Source of the DNA: a virus
Direction: 5' to 3' (one strand)
Length of the DNA: 64,000 nt
Virus record (IMG/VR): IMGVR_UViG_3300035670_000113
Coordinates: 1 to 64,000 of that record
Shown here piece by piece: positions 30,395 to 40,829 of the stretch. Every line of letters starts with the position of its first letter. Within the stretch, counting starts at the first letter, position 1. Both the position numbers and the translations under genes were made by a program. The notes beneath the pieces were generated by a model that saw only the letters and a list, made by a program, of their open reading frames with translations, was not told where the DNA came from and made no database searches.

Positions 30395-31256
30395 AAAACT
30401 TCTATATGGGGCAGATCCTGAGTACTTCGCTACTGAACCTGGAACAGACAATGTAATTCCTCCAATCTTCTTTAGAAAGTTTGCTGGAGCGTCTGTGGAG
30501 GTAGTGAATGGGGCTGAAAATCACCCTATCTTTTTTAAGAGGGGTAAGGCTTTTATCCACGAGGATGGAGCTGCATTTGAAATGAGTCTGCCTCCAAGAG
30601 AGAGATGGCAAGACCTTTGGGATGATATTCAAGATCTTAAAAATGCTTTTGATCTGTCAGCCTATCCTTTTGTAGAGCCCAAACTAAAGGCTCTGCCTAC
30701 TGCAACTTGGCAAGTAGAAAGATGGTTGGAGACTGGAGATGATGATTTCAAATTCTGTACAAGATTCGGATGTGACCGAGACGAAGATGCGTTCCTCATT
30801 GAAGAGGAGCAGGATGAAGAGGATGCGTCTCTGCACCCATTCAGATATGCAGGAGGACACGCTCACTTCTCAGGACTTGAGATCTTCGAGAGGAGACCTC
30901 TGGATGTTGTTAGAGGGCTGGCATTTACTGCAGGAATTTGTGCCATGCTGTACTCTGACACTCCTAAGGAGGATAAGCTCAGGGTGTACAGATATGGAAA
31001 ACCTGGAAAATTTCGTGTACAACATTACTCTAATGGGGCGGTTGGTATCGAGTACAGAACTCCATCCACTCGCTGGACGGATAACAAAGAACTTGCTCAA
31101 AAGATCTTTGAAGCAGCACAATATTGCTTCTATGAGCTTGTACCCTCTGGGAGGGTAGAAAGGATCTATAGTGATATGCGGGATACTCTAATTGCTGCAT
31201 TTAGAGGTATGAATAAATCGGTTCTATCTGATATTCTGAAGGAGGTTATGGTATGA
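30387..31256 (+). CDS. phiEco32-like COOH-NH2 ligase type 2
   Basis: GADPE, EDGAAFE, FGCD.D, RYAGGHAH, YGKPGKFR, GIEYRTPS. Confidence 0.9.
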   Translation: MSKKLLYGADPEYFATEPGTDNVIPPIFFRKFAGASVEVVNGAENHPIFFKRGKAFIHEDGAAFEMSLPPRERWQDLWDDIQDLKNAFDLSAYPFVEPKLKALPTATWQVERWLETGDDDFKFCTRFGCDRDEDAFLIEEEQDEEDASLHPFRYAGGHAHFSGLEIFERRPLDVVRGLAFTAGICAMLYSDTPKEDKLRVYRYGKPGKFRVQHYSNGAVGIEYRTPSTRWTDNKELAQKIFEAAQYCFYELVPSGRVERIYSDMRDTLIAAFRGMNKSVLSDILKEVMV

Positions 31257-31855
31257 ATGTCCTATTTGCAAGCAGAACTCTCTCTCAAGCGGTTGCTGAA
31301 AAACTCTCAAAACACAATATCTTCTTTTCTGAAAATAGAGATAGGAAAACCACATACGATCTCGTGATTTTTACAGGAGGTAGCGATATCCATCCAGAGG
31401 CTTATGGAGAACGTGTGAATGGAGCAGTCGGCTTTGACACTGATAGAGATAGTCATGAACTGGCACTTCTCCAAGATATCTATGGAGGATACATCAAGGT
31501 CAGGAAACTTCTAGGAATCTGTAGAGGTATGCAAATGTTACATGTCGCTAGAGGTGGTAGACTTATTCAACACATTCCAAACGCTCACAGGTCCTATCAT
31601 ACATTAAAGTGGCTGGAACATGGACCTCTTGATACCTTTGCTATGGTAAACTCTCTACATCATCAATGCATTATTCCGGATGGAAGACAGAGAGTTTTAG
31701 CTATGCATGAAGATGGAGATCCAGAGGCCACTTATTTTTCCTATAATGGAATTGAACAACTTGGAGTTCAATGGCATCCAGAGTGGATGACCAATGCAGA
31801 AGATTTCTTTGATATAATCATCAAATGGGTCAATGGAGGTACTATTGTAAAATGA
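31253..31855 (+). CDS. Class I glutamine amidotransferase / gamma-glutamyl hydrolase (peptidase C26)
   Basis: GGSDIHP, GICRGMQ, VNSLHHQ, GVQWHPE. Confidence 0.9.
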   Translation: MNVLFASRTLSQAVAEKLSKHNIFFSENRDRKTTYDLVIFTGGSDIHPEAYGERVNGAVGFDTDRDSHELALLQDIYGGYIKVRKLLGICRGMQMLHVARGGRLIQHIPNAHRSYHTLKWLEHGPLDTFAMVNSLHHQCIIPDGRQRVLAMHEDGDPEATYFSYNGIEQLGVQWHPEWMTNAEDFFDIIIKWVNGGTIVK

Positions 31856-31937
31856 TGTTCACAGATATAAAGATTAGATCTCCCTGTTAAAGATCTATAA
31901 TCATAAATAATAAACTACAAAGAAAAGAGGAAAACAA

Positions 31938-32672
31938 ATGTTAATCAATGCTAAGATATTACTAATTCCCACATCTATGTATGGAAAGAGGTGTGGAAAG
32001 ATTCCTATTACTAAAGTTAAAGACCCCGCAGAAGCAGTAATACTGGCTGTAGAGAACTGTATCAATGATAGGAATTTTACTACGCTTGAGTTGCAAATTG
32101 CAGACCCTGTAGAGTGCAGAGAAGTACTGGTTTCAAGGATTATAAGAAACATCAGGGACATTAATTCCATATTTAGGATCGGTCTCCCTAAAGATAGTGG
32201 TGAAAGACCTTCAAGATATAGATCTTTCACTATTGAGATAGAAATGCTGAAAGGATTCTATCCAGAGAAATATAATGCAAAGACAGGCACGAAACTCTCA
32301 CGCATTATAGATGCATCTGTAAAGTTTAATAGAAAGAGAGACAAGGTATACTTTAAGATTGATCCAAAAAATACAGATATCCTATTTACATCGGCGCAGA
32401 TCTCTGCATGTCTCCTCTTTCTAAGAACTCCAGATATTGTTGACCGTATAAATGAAATTCCTGGTGCTCTAACTTTTAATATCTTCAACAGCCTCACAGA
32501 TTTAGCAGTATTAAAAAATGATATTCATCTCTTAGAAATACTGGCAGTTTTGCGTGTAATTCAGGGGAGGTCATTTGTACACAATGGGCCAATTAACCTC
32601 CTTTGGAGATTAGCAGATATTAAAAATATGATAGACAACAAAATTGAAAGAGCAACACAGGTAAGGAGTTAA
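31938..32672 (+). CDS. Hypothetical protein
   Basis: 244-aa ORF with GAGG RBS. Confidence 0.55.
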   Translation: MLINAKILLIPTSMYGKRCGKIPITKVKDPAEAVILAVENCINDRNFTTLELQIADPVECREVLVSRIIRNIRDINSIFRIGLPKDSGERPSRYRSFTIEIEMLKGFYPEKYNAKTGTKLSRIIDASVKFNRKRDKVYFKIDPKNTDILFTSAQISACLLFLRTPDIVDRINEIPGALTFNIFNSLTDLAVLKNDIHLLEILAVLRVIQGRSFVHNGPINLLWRLADIKNMIDNKIERATQVRS

Positions 32673-32673
32673 T

Positions 32674-33060
32674 ATGCGATATCACAAAGAAGTATATGCC
32701 CCTCCCTGGTGGGAGAAAGAGGTAGGTGATCTGGTAAAGAAGATTAATTCCAAAGAGGTGAGATGGACAGAACACTCTGAGGATAAGTTGTTTGATCTTC
32801 CTCCACGTCTAAGAAGAAATATTATTAAATTTATTACTTGCATGTGGATAGATACATCTATGGTATTTGAAGTTTACAGAGCTGATAGTATCTACAAGTT
32901 TTGTCTAAGAGTTCAAAGTCCGATCTCAAACAACGATATGGTAGTAGTAATGACCTCAGACAAAAAAGTTGTAACATTCTACTTCAATAGGACAGAAGAC
33001 ATGCACTCAAACCTAAATGAGGAAGTATATGAAAGAGAGGAAAAATGCCAGCAAGAGTGA
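32674..33060 (+). CDS. Putative BECR-fold (DUF4258/colicin E5-RelE-like) RNase
   Basis: TEHSEDK helix, EVY, K..LR, DMVVVM, VVTFY strand order. Confidence 0.35.
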   Translation: MRYHKEVYAPPWWEKEVGDLVKKINSKEVRWTEHSEDKLFDLPPRLRRNIIKFITCMWIDTSMVFEVYRADSIYKFCLRVQSPISNNDMVVVMTSDKKVVTFYFNRTEDMHSNLNEEVYEREEKCQQE

Positions 33061-33965
33061 GAAATGTTGTAATCGAGAATGGAGAGGTGGTGGTTCTTCC
33101 AAGCATGGAGGACATTGAAGATCTCAAAATTGGACATGCAAATGGGAAGATGTACTTTGCTACCAGTGACAGGTATCTCTTCAAACTCCATAATGTGAAT
33201 GAATCATATATGTGGATAGGTATGTGGAATAGTATTTGCTGTATTGAAAAGACTTTCAAAACAATGGAGGAGGCAATTGTGTATATGTTAAATGACAGAT
33301 ACAAGGTAAAACAAATTCCATACTCATGCTTCGATCATATATATTAAGTACAATTACTAAAAGGAGGCACAATGTTTAAGATCTTTGTTAGAATCCTGAC
33401 GTTTCTTTTCCTGTTTTCAACATCCATGTCCTTTATCTGGATCTACCTGCGAGAGGAATTAAAGTTTGTTCCTGAGAGTGTGGTAGAAGTACAACTTATG
33501 GGGTTAGGATATTTTGTACTAGTGTGTATTGGACTTGGGATCAATCCAGTTGATAGTCTATCCAAGTAAAAAAGAGATAATATGAATAACATGGTAGCAA
33601 GTAAGGCAGAGCGTGTACGAAGAAGATTAAATACTGGATCTATTACTACAGAGAGGGTCGTTGACTTTCTCGCTGTAATGAACGCCATTAATACTTCCCA
33701 TATTTTTAAGGAGGATGTGCATGACAGAATGTTCTTAGAGTTGGACCCACTCTCAGAGATGAGAAACGATCACTACTTCTACGTGAGGAGAAACCGGCTC
33801 AGGAATCAGGATGCAAAAGATCTTTTCGATGTAATTAGATACGCATGTAATATCCCCGTAGAGCTCAGTAATGATGGTGAAGAGGTGACAAAATTACTCT
33901 TCTGGGTGAGTTACTAAATAGTTCCGCTACCGTGAACCTATAACGGAGAGAAAGAGAAGGCAAAA

Positions 33966-34346
33966 ATGATTAAGAAGATGCTAATTGTTATGGCAGTGCT
34001 AATGATGCTCCTGTCAGGATGTGCAGAGGCGGACGTGGCATCAGAGAATTTGTCAAAAAAGGCAGATTACTTTGAGGTTACTCGCCGCATCGTATTCTAC
34101 AACGGAATCACTGGAGACTACATTCTGGTCATTGAAGGGTTGTGCTCTCTCGGCAACTACGATGCATTAGGGGAGTTGTCAGTGACATGTAAAGTTGGTC
34201 CTGAGGAGTATAAGAAACACTTTTTGGGATTATCTGATAACGTCACATATTTTGCTGAGCAGATTGAGGCAGTCAAAACAGATGTATACCATTACAAGGT
34301 GATTTTCCGGCCCTCAGTTATCGTTCCAGACGTAGATGTTAAATAG
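33966..34346 (+). CDS. Conserved phage lipoprotein
   Basis: Lipobox LLSGC; RRIVFYNGIT...YKKHFLGLSDNVTYF. Confidence 0.75.
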   Translation: MIKKMLIVMAVLMMLLSGCAEADVASENLSKKADYFEVTRRIVFYNGITGDYILVIEGLCSLGNYDALGELSVTCKVGPEEYKKHFLGLSDNVTYFAEQIEAVKTDVYHYKVIFRPSVIVPDVDVK

Positions 34347-34358
34347 TATCCTGTAACT

Positions 34359-34395
34359 AAAAAAGCCCCCAGAGATAAAACTCTGGGGGCTTTTT
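34359..34395. terminator. Bidirectional terminator between convergent blocks
   Basis: AAAAAGCCCCCAGAG-loop-CTCTGGGGGCTTTTT. Confidence 0.85.
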
Positions 34396-34433
34396 AATTT
34401 AAATTTTTTCGTGTGGTTATTAGAGTGAGAACT

Positions 34434-36212
34434 CTATGCTACATCACAAAATGAAAACCCACAATCTGGATCTGAACACTTGGAGCACCCACTCTCATGA
34501 ATAAGAGGTTTTTCACAAACAGGGCACATATCTTTTTTGATATTCTTTGGTTTCAGTACTTCTATATCTCTAGACCCATTTCTATAAACTGTTATACCTT
34601 TTACTCCCAATTTCCATGCATATAAAAAGGACTCATATATAGTATCTTTGTCTGTTGAGTTGGGGAAATTTATAGTCTTACTCACACCACTATCAACAAA
34701 TTTTTGGGCTGTGGCTTGTGTCTCAATGTGCTCTTGCCATGTGACCTCAACCGCTCCATTTGAGGATACTGAGCATCTATACCAGGGGAGTTTTGAAAGC
34801 TCTGTATGGTCAAACTCATATTCTCCAGTCTTATCCTCTCTTTTCGTAAGATCAGAGAAGAATGGCTCGATACCTGAGTTGCATCCTGCTATCAAACTTA
34901 TAGTACCAGTTGGGGCTATAGTCAATAGAGTGATATTTCTTCTTGGATTTGGAAGTACAGAGCACGACTTTGGAACTCCTCTCTCTTCACCGAGGGTTAT
35001 GGACTCTTCAGTGGCTATTGTTCTAATGAACGATAATATAAAAGCAAGCTCTTCATTAGCCTGTCTGGAGCCATATGCTACACCCCTGAGTAAATAATAG
35101 TCAGCTAAGCCCATAATTCCAAGACCTATAGGTCTATTCTCTTCGGACCATCTGGCAATATCATTAGTGGGGTATGAAGATACACTAACTACATCATCTA
35201 AAAACCTCACTGATAATCTAACTGCTAATTCCAGCATCTCAACATTAATGGAGTTATCATCTCTCAGAAACTTTGAAATATCCAAACTCCCAAGATTGCA
35301 TACACCATTAGGCGGAAGTGGTTGTTCTCCACACGGGTTAGTAGCTTGTATCACCTGCCCAGAAAACCTATAAGGGGAATTATTAATTTGGTCAAAAAAT
35401 AGGATTCCAGGTTCACCATTTTTCCATGCGCTATCAACAATTAACCTAAAAAGATGTCCGACACTTAAAACATATGTATCTGGATGAACGTGTTTTAGAT
35501 CCTCCTCCAACATTACTGTTGGGTAATAGATTCCTGGACCTGGATCACGCAGTAAGTATCCTTCCCCCCAACCATCAAAAAATACCCTGTGTGGCTTATC
35601 AGGAGTACTTTTTACCGCCTCCATGAAAGAATCGTCAACAACTACTGATATATTGGTTGTTCTCATGACACCTTCCGTACTTTTGGCATTAATAAACTCC
35701 ATTATATCTGGATGGTATACGCTCATTGTACCCATCATGGCCATTTCCCTGAAACCAGCCTGTGTCATAACTTCCATATCGTGACATATTGTATTAAAAA
35801 ATGCTACAGGCCCACCAGCATATCCGTGAGTACTGCCATTGACAAGAGATTTTTTAGGTCTAAGATTTGATAAAGTGGTCCCACAACCACCACCCTTCTT
35901 GGCTATAAGAGCGAAATCCAGCTTTGTTTTATAAATGCTTTCGATACTATCCTTAAAGTCTACTACAAAACATGCCGACAATCCACCACCTACAGTCCCT
36001 GAATTGAAAAGACATGGGCTATTAGGAATAAAGTACCTGTTTGCTATCATCTCCCTTGTAAGGGCTTTTGTAGTAGGGTCTTCATACACCATAACATGAT
36101 TAACAACTCTGTCAGCAATATCCTCCCAAGACTTTTCACCCTTTTTAAAATACCGCTTGTGTAGAATATTCATTGCGGTATCTGTAATATCATTTACTTT
36201 AAAAAATACCAT
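34434..36212 (-). CDS. nrdJ: Class II (adenosylcobalamin-dependent) ribonucleotide reductase
   Basis: PNSP, LSACF, TNPCGEQ, CNLGS, TIAPTGTIS, KGITVYR, C-terminal Cys cluster; no small subunit nearby. Confidence 0.85.
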   Translation of the reverse strand: MVFFKVNDITDTAMNILHKRYFKKGEKSWEDIADRVVNHVMVYEDPTTKALTREMIANRYFIPNSPCLFNSGTVGGGLSACFVVDFKDSIESIYKTKLDFALIAKKGGGCGTTLSNLRPKKSLVNGSTHGYAGGPVAFFNTICHDMEVMTQAGFREMAMMGTMSVYHPDIMEFINAKSTEGVMRTTNISVVVDDSFMEAVKSTPDKPHRVFFDGWGEGYLLRDPGPGIYYPTVMLEEDLKHVHPDTYVLSVGHLFRLIVDSAWKNGEPGILFFDQINNSPYRFSGQVIQATNPCGEQPLPPNGVCNLGSLDISKFLRDDNSINVEMLELAVRLSVRFLDDVVSVSSYPTNDIARWSEENRPIGLGIMGLADYYLLRGVAYGSRQANEELAFILSFIRTIATEESITLGEERGVPKSCSVLPNPRRNITLLTIAPTGTISLIAGCNSGIEPFFSDLTKREDKTGEYEFDHTELSKLPWYRCSVSSNGAVEVTWQEHIETQATAQKFVDSGVSKTINFPNSTDKDTIYESFLYAWKLGVKGITVYRNGSRDIEVLKPKNIKKDMCPVCEKPLIHESGCSKCSDPDCGFSFCDVA

Positions 36213-36289
36213 ACTTCCTCCAAGTTGACAAGTTTACCCCCAAGAAAACTTGGGGGTAATTTAGTTTAATTTCATTATACCACATAATA

Positions 36290-36685
36290 CTATTCTGTGA
36301 TATTTCTACCGTCTACTGGAAGAAGCTGTGAATACCCCTCAAGAATCTTTCTTTCCGCTTGCAAATCTCTTTGATTTGCATTTTCCTCTGTAAACTTATT
36401 TGGGAAGCGAGCATGTAACTTGCTAATATTTTGTTCCAAAATTTTCTCAAAATCAATGCTAAGAATATTACACATATTAGCTAAATACCACATTATATCC
36501 CCTAATTCTTCCTCAATATTTACAAGATCTAGTTCTCTTCCATACGCAAGAGCCTTCTTGTACTGGTCCAATAACTCACCAGACTCTGTAGAGATACCGA
36601 TAACCATGTGCAGCTGGTTTTTAAGACTATCCCCCAAATCTGGGAGAGTCCTTTTTGTTGATTCCATATATTCTTTAAGATTCAT
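36290..36685 (-). CDS. MazG-like nucleotide pyrophosphohydrolase
   Basis: ESGELLD, EELGDIMWY, NISKL..RFP. Confidence 0.85.
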   Translation of the reverse strand: MNLKEYMESTKRTLPDLGDSLKNQLHMVIGISTESGELLDQYKKALAYGRELDLVNIEEELGDIMWYLANMCNILSIDFEKILEQNISKLHARFPNKFTEENANQRDLQAERKILEGYSQLLPVDGRNITE

Positions 36686-36876
36686 TTTTACTCCCGTGTC
36701 TAATTCCGAATTCCACTCCAGCATAAAAAATACTATATAGAAGTGCGTTGATAGTATTTATAAATGTTTTAGATTCTTTAATATACTCTGATGAGTTCGC
36801 ATAGATATCTTCAAATATTTTTCTTATTATATTATCGTACTCTTCAACAATGGCTTCTTCAGAAATATCTTCCATT

Positions 36877-37398
36877 TTATAACTCCTTCTCTAAGTTTTG
36901 TCTAAGCTCTAGCATGGAATAAACAGTATTGTATGCGTTACTCATGTGCGTATTCCAGGGTCTATTATACATAAAGGCATGTGTCACTTTACTCAAATTT
37001 TTAATCTGATATACAGAATCTTCCACAGAAAAATCAATCGAGTATAGTCTTGCAAGAGTTGCTTTATCACTCTCAAATATTAAATTATCTCCCTGTGGAA
37101 AATTAAAATCTCTGAAATACTTCTCTGTTACTCTCATTACACTAGTTGGTCTACTAGTAACATAATAAATATCAAAAATATTATTGGCCCAAGTAAGAAA
37201 ATCTTTAACATCTTTTGATGGTGAAATTCCATAATAGTACATCGGTATACTGCATATATAGTCCTGGTACTCTGTGGACTGGTTATGCACAAACACTGTC
37301 CAGAAATGATTGAAATCCATGTCTGGATTCACTTCCCTGTGTACGACATAATGCCAGTCATAAAGTACTCCGTCTAAGTCCAAAAGAATCTTTTTCAT
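36877..37398 (-). CDS. HAD-family 5'(3')-deoxyribonucleotidase
   Basis: DLDGV, VTSR, VEDS, RPWN. Confidence 0.8.
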   Translation of the reverse strand: MKKILLDLDGVLYDWHYVVHREVNPDMDFNHFWTVFVHNQSTEYQDYICSIPMYYYGISPSKDVKDFLTWANNIFDIYYVTSRPTSVMRVTEKYFRDFNFPQGDNLIFESDKATLARLYSIDFSVEDSVYQIKNLSKVTHAFMYNRPWNTHMSNAYNTVYSMLELRQNLEKEL

Positions 37399-37399
37399 T

Positions 37400-38254
37400 T
37401 TACACCTCGAATACATAAGTAGAATTAGAAATCAAGTCTTTAAATCCTTCCAGTGTACCGCCGTCTCTAAAGAAGTCAACAGTATCATACTTTTCGGGCT
37501 TTTCCCTATACTTAACTATACGAACTCTGCCTGTTCCTAAAGATTCTGCTACCTTTTTAGATGCTAAATACCCTGCCTTATCATTATCTGCAATATAAAA
37601 AATGTTATCTACTCTTGTAAAGTATTTAACCCACGATGAATTCCAATGATTTGCACCGTTTGTAGTACACACACACGGAAATCCCAGTTGATTTAGTAGT
37701 ATACAATCAACCATGCCCTCTGTAATGTATGCAGTATCTGTAAACTGTAGAATGTTCTTATTAAATAAAACTGGCTTAAAATCAATATCCTTGTACCACA
37801 TACGAATATTCTTGGGGTCGTCCCTTCTACACTGAAAGTTTACAAACCTATCATTATCATAAATGGGTATCAGACTCCACCCATCATAAAATCCTAGTCT
37901 GTACATATCTATTGTAGAATCTTTGAGACCACGCTTATACCAGTAATCTCTAAAATGTTTACCAAGATTATAAAAAGAATCTATCAGTTTAGAAAACTTT
38001 ACCTGGACTCCAGTGGATTTTACTTCATCTGAAAATGGGTCAGCGTGATTTTTTATCAGCTCCCTAGCCGACTTTACATCCATCTGTCTGACCTTTACTA
38101 AATATTCTAAAGGTCCTCCACTAAATCCTCTCGAATTGAAATAGAAAACATTCTTCTCATTATCTATAACTAATGAGGAGTGTATGTCAGACCTTAGCCA
38201 TCTCCCTCTTCCAGATATTCCAAAGTCTTCTTTAACTAGTTCCTGTAGTAGCAT
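37400..38254 (-). CDS. DNA primase (TOPRIM)
   Basis: ITEGMVD, ADNDKAG, YDTVDF. Confidence 0.8.
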   Translation of the reverse strand: MLLQELVKEDFGISGRGRWLRSDIHSSLVIDNEKNVFYFNSRGFSGGPLEYLVKVRQMDVKSARELIKNHADPFSDEVKSTGVQVKFSKLIDSFYNLGKHFRDYWYKRGLKDSTIDMYRLGFYDGWSLIPIYDNDRFVNFQCRRDDPKNIRMWYKDIDFKPVLFNKNILQFTDTAYITEGMVDCILLNQLGFPCVCTTNGANHWNSSWVKYFTRVDNIFYIADNDKAGYLASKKVAESLGTGRVRIVKYREKPEKYDTVDFFRDGGTLEGFKDLISNSTYVFEV

Positions 38255-38858
38255 TTAGCCTCTCTTCCGCTATTGCACAATAAGAAGGTGATATGTCTAC
38301 TCCTATATAATTTCTTCCAAGATTCTTTGCACTAACACATGTTGTCCCTGACCCAACAAATGGGTCCAATATCAGATTACCTGGCTTAGATGCTCTGCTT
38401 ATTATCCAATCTGCCCACTCTATTGGCTTTGGGACTGGATGATTAAATGTTCCCTTTTTAGGGCTTGGTTTTGTCTGAAAAAAGTCATGCATTACTACTC
38501 CCTTGTTTTTTCCATATACAAGGTGTGGCTCATAGTCATTGAATCCTACAAAACTTCTATGGCCAGTTGATCCCTTATACCATATAATCAACCAATCTGG
38601 AGGAAAGTTATCATATATCCATTTCATTCTGGCAATCTTACAAGATGGAAGTATTGCCATAGTTGATACCCTAATAATCTCTGGTAATGCTTTGCCCATC
38701 AGTTTAAACCACTCATCTTCTGTATCACTATATGTATCATAATCTATTCCAATACCGTATGGCGGGTCTGTTAAAACTAGGTCTACAGACTTGTCTGGAA
38801 GTGTTCTCATAAATTCAATACAGTCTGCTGTATAAATCTTATTAATTTCAGGAAACAT
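38232..38858 (-). CDS. N6-adenine/N4-cytosine DNA methyltransferase (beta class)
   Basis: TDPPY, HPVPKP, DPFVGSGTT. Confidence 0.9.
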   Translation of the reverse strand: MFPEINKIYTADCIEFMRTLPDKSVDLVLTDPPYGIGIDYDTYSDTEDEWFKLMGKALPEIIRVSTMAILPSCKIARMKWIYDNFPPDWLIIWYKGSTGHRSFVGFNDYEPHLVYGKNKGVVMHDFFQTKPSPKKGTFNHPVPKPIEWADWIISRASKPGNLILDPFVGSGTTCVSAKNLGRNYIGVDISPSYCAIAEERLNATTGTS

Positions 38859-39528
38859 TTAACCTCTTTTCTGCGAGTGAGAAAACATTCTTATCTATTT
38901 CTATACCTGTATAATTTCTATTAGAGTATCTACACACTTCACCAAGTGTACCAGAACCCATAAATAAATCTAGCACGTTATCACCTTCATCAGTAAAAGG
39001 TAATAGTAATCTTTCCATTAACCATAAAGGTTTCTGCCACTGTATATTTCTACCACTATCTGTTTTTACTCTTTCTTTACTAACTGTAGAAAAGGATACC
39101 TTATCATAAAAAACAGATGCTGGTACTTTTGTTCCAGTGCCCTTCTTATCAAACTTTGTTCCCGCTGTTGCTTTAGGAATCAAAATAGAATCTGAGTTCC
39201 ATTTCCATGTCGTAGAATTTGAATAAACCAGTATATCGTCATGTTTCTGTGCAAATCTATTTTTAGGGACCCCTCCCCAATCATTTATATATATTAACCA
39301 GTTTACAAATGACATCCCTAACATATCAAGATGCCTTTTAACCTCACATACTGTATGATAATCTGTTTGCACAACGAATATGCATCTGTCTTTCATCCTG
39401 GATATGGCATGATTAATCCATTCAAGATTTAAATTTTCATATATCATATCAGCATAAATAAAATCATACATAACATTGTCTCTTTTAATAAAGGATATGT
39501 TATCTTCATTAATTATTCTTATTGTCAT
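38848..39528 (-). CDS. Beta-class DNA methyltransferase homolog with variant motif IV
   Basis: ADMIY in place of DPPY, QKP, DLFMGSGT, GIEID. Confidence 0.75.
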   Translation of the reverse strand: MTIRIINEDNISFIKRDNVMYDFIYADMIYENLNLEWINHAISRMKDRCIFVVQTDYHTVCEVKRHLDMLGMSFVNWLIYINDWGGVPKNRFAQKHDDILVYSNSTTWKWNSDSILIPKATAGTKFDKKGTGTKVPASVFYDKVSFSTVSKERVKTDSGRNIQWQKPLWLMERLLLPFTDEGDNVLDLFMGSGTLGEVCRYSNRNYTGIEIDKNVFSLAEKRLNVS

Positions 39529-39700
39529 TTGAATAGAATCCCTCTCCTACAAATACAATTCCTGGTTTTACTATAATCTTTATAGTGCTGTTACTCCCGC
39601 ATTTTGGACATGCGGGAGATTTAACAGCATGCTTTATATCTATAAAAGATTTGTCAAAATATTTAAGACACTTTGTACACTTATACGAATAGGTCAGCAT
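39509..39700 (-). CDS. FmdB-like zinc-ribbon protein
   Basis: YSYKCTKC...CPKCGS...FVGEGFY. Confidence 0.75.
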   Translation of the reverse strand: MLTYSYKCTKCLKYFDKSFIDIKHAVKSPACPKCGSNSTIKIIVKPGIVFVGEGFYSNDNKNN

Positions 39701-40829
39701 ATTTCTCTTTTCTCATCTTCTTTTTGTGCTTACTCTTTTTCTTGACATCTCTCTTATTTATTTGTTCTTCGATGGTAAATACGCTCTTTGAGTCCATTAC
39801 CATACCGTAGCGTTTCTTTCTGTTTTTACGCTCTCTAACTGTAGCTTTAGTTATATTCATTTCCTCTATTTCCAGTTAGCATCTTGCAGAACTTTTGCCA
39901 CCTTCTTTGGCGATTCAATTTCTTCTGATCTCTTATCATTGCCTTATGCCGTCTGGCATCTTGTCTGCGTTCTCTTTCATCATCTCTAATCTCTGCCTTT
40001 GTTTTTCCAAACATTTCTACCTACCTTTCTTTATAATACTTTCAAACTCTTCTTTTGTAATTTGTCTAACATCTCCTGCACTGGTCACATAATATATATC
40101 ACACAACCAACAATGAAGAAAGTGGTGTGGTAAAACCCATACGTCATCCAAACAGGAGTTACACACAAAACATTTTTTTCTCATTTGTTTCCCCTTAAAT
40201 ATCTAGTTAAAGTTCTAGTAAGAGTGTCTGACAACAGATCATCATCTTTAGTATACAGAAAATTTATCAATCGGTTTAGGTCTGGTTTAGATAGTGGCAC
40301 ATAAATTAATTCATGTGCATCTCTACATTGGTCTGCTTTAAACTCTGTAGGGAACTCCTTTTCACAATAACTGCAATACCACTTGTCTTTTTTATTAATA
40401 GCCACCAGTACCTACCTGTTCAACCTGTATCATATAAATACCACTCAATGCCTTTGAACACTCCTCAAACAGTCTACACAGAATATCATTACTGGAGTTT
40501 TTATTGATTGTAAAAGGAAACTTTACAGTCACCTTTTTTTGTCCATGTGAACTAAAACATTTACAGGAATATTTAATCATTATGCTCCTTTCATTAGAAA
40601 CACTGTCATTGCGGCTGTACCTACTACTAGAAAAATCTCCCATGTTGCAAGGATGTAGGCATCATATACAGTTGTAGTACCAGTAACAATTCTTTTGTAA
40701 ATACTTTTTAGTAACATAAAAATTTTCTCCTTCCACAGTATGAGCATCTCCATCCGTGCCCGTGATTATAAAACCATACATAAGCTCTGCAAACAGAGCA
40801 ATACATCCATCTCTCTTTTACATTACTTG

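Noticed and set aside
33966-34346. Recombination directionality factor (a label sometimes given to this family)
   Set aside because: It has a clear lipoprotein signal, and no integrase is seen in the window
36290-37398. Z-base (2-aminoadenine) or other modified-base pathway suggested by MazG plus nucleotidase
   Set aside because: No PurZ or other modification enzymes in the window; adenine methyltransferases argue for normal adenine
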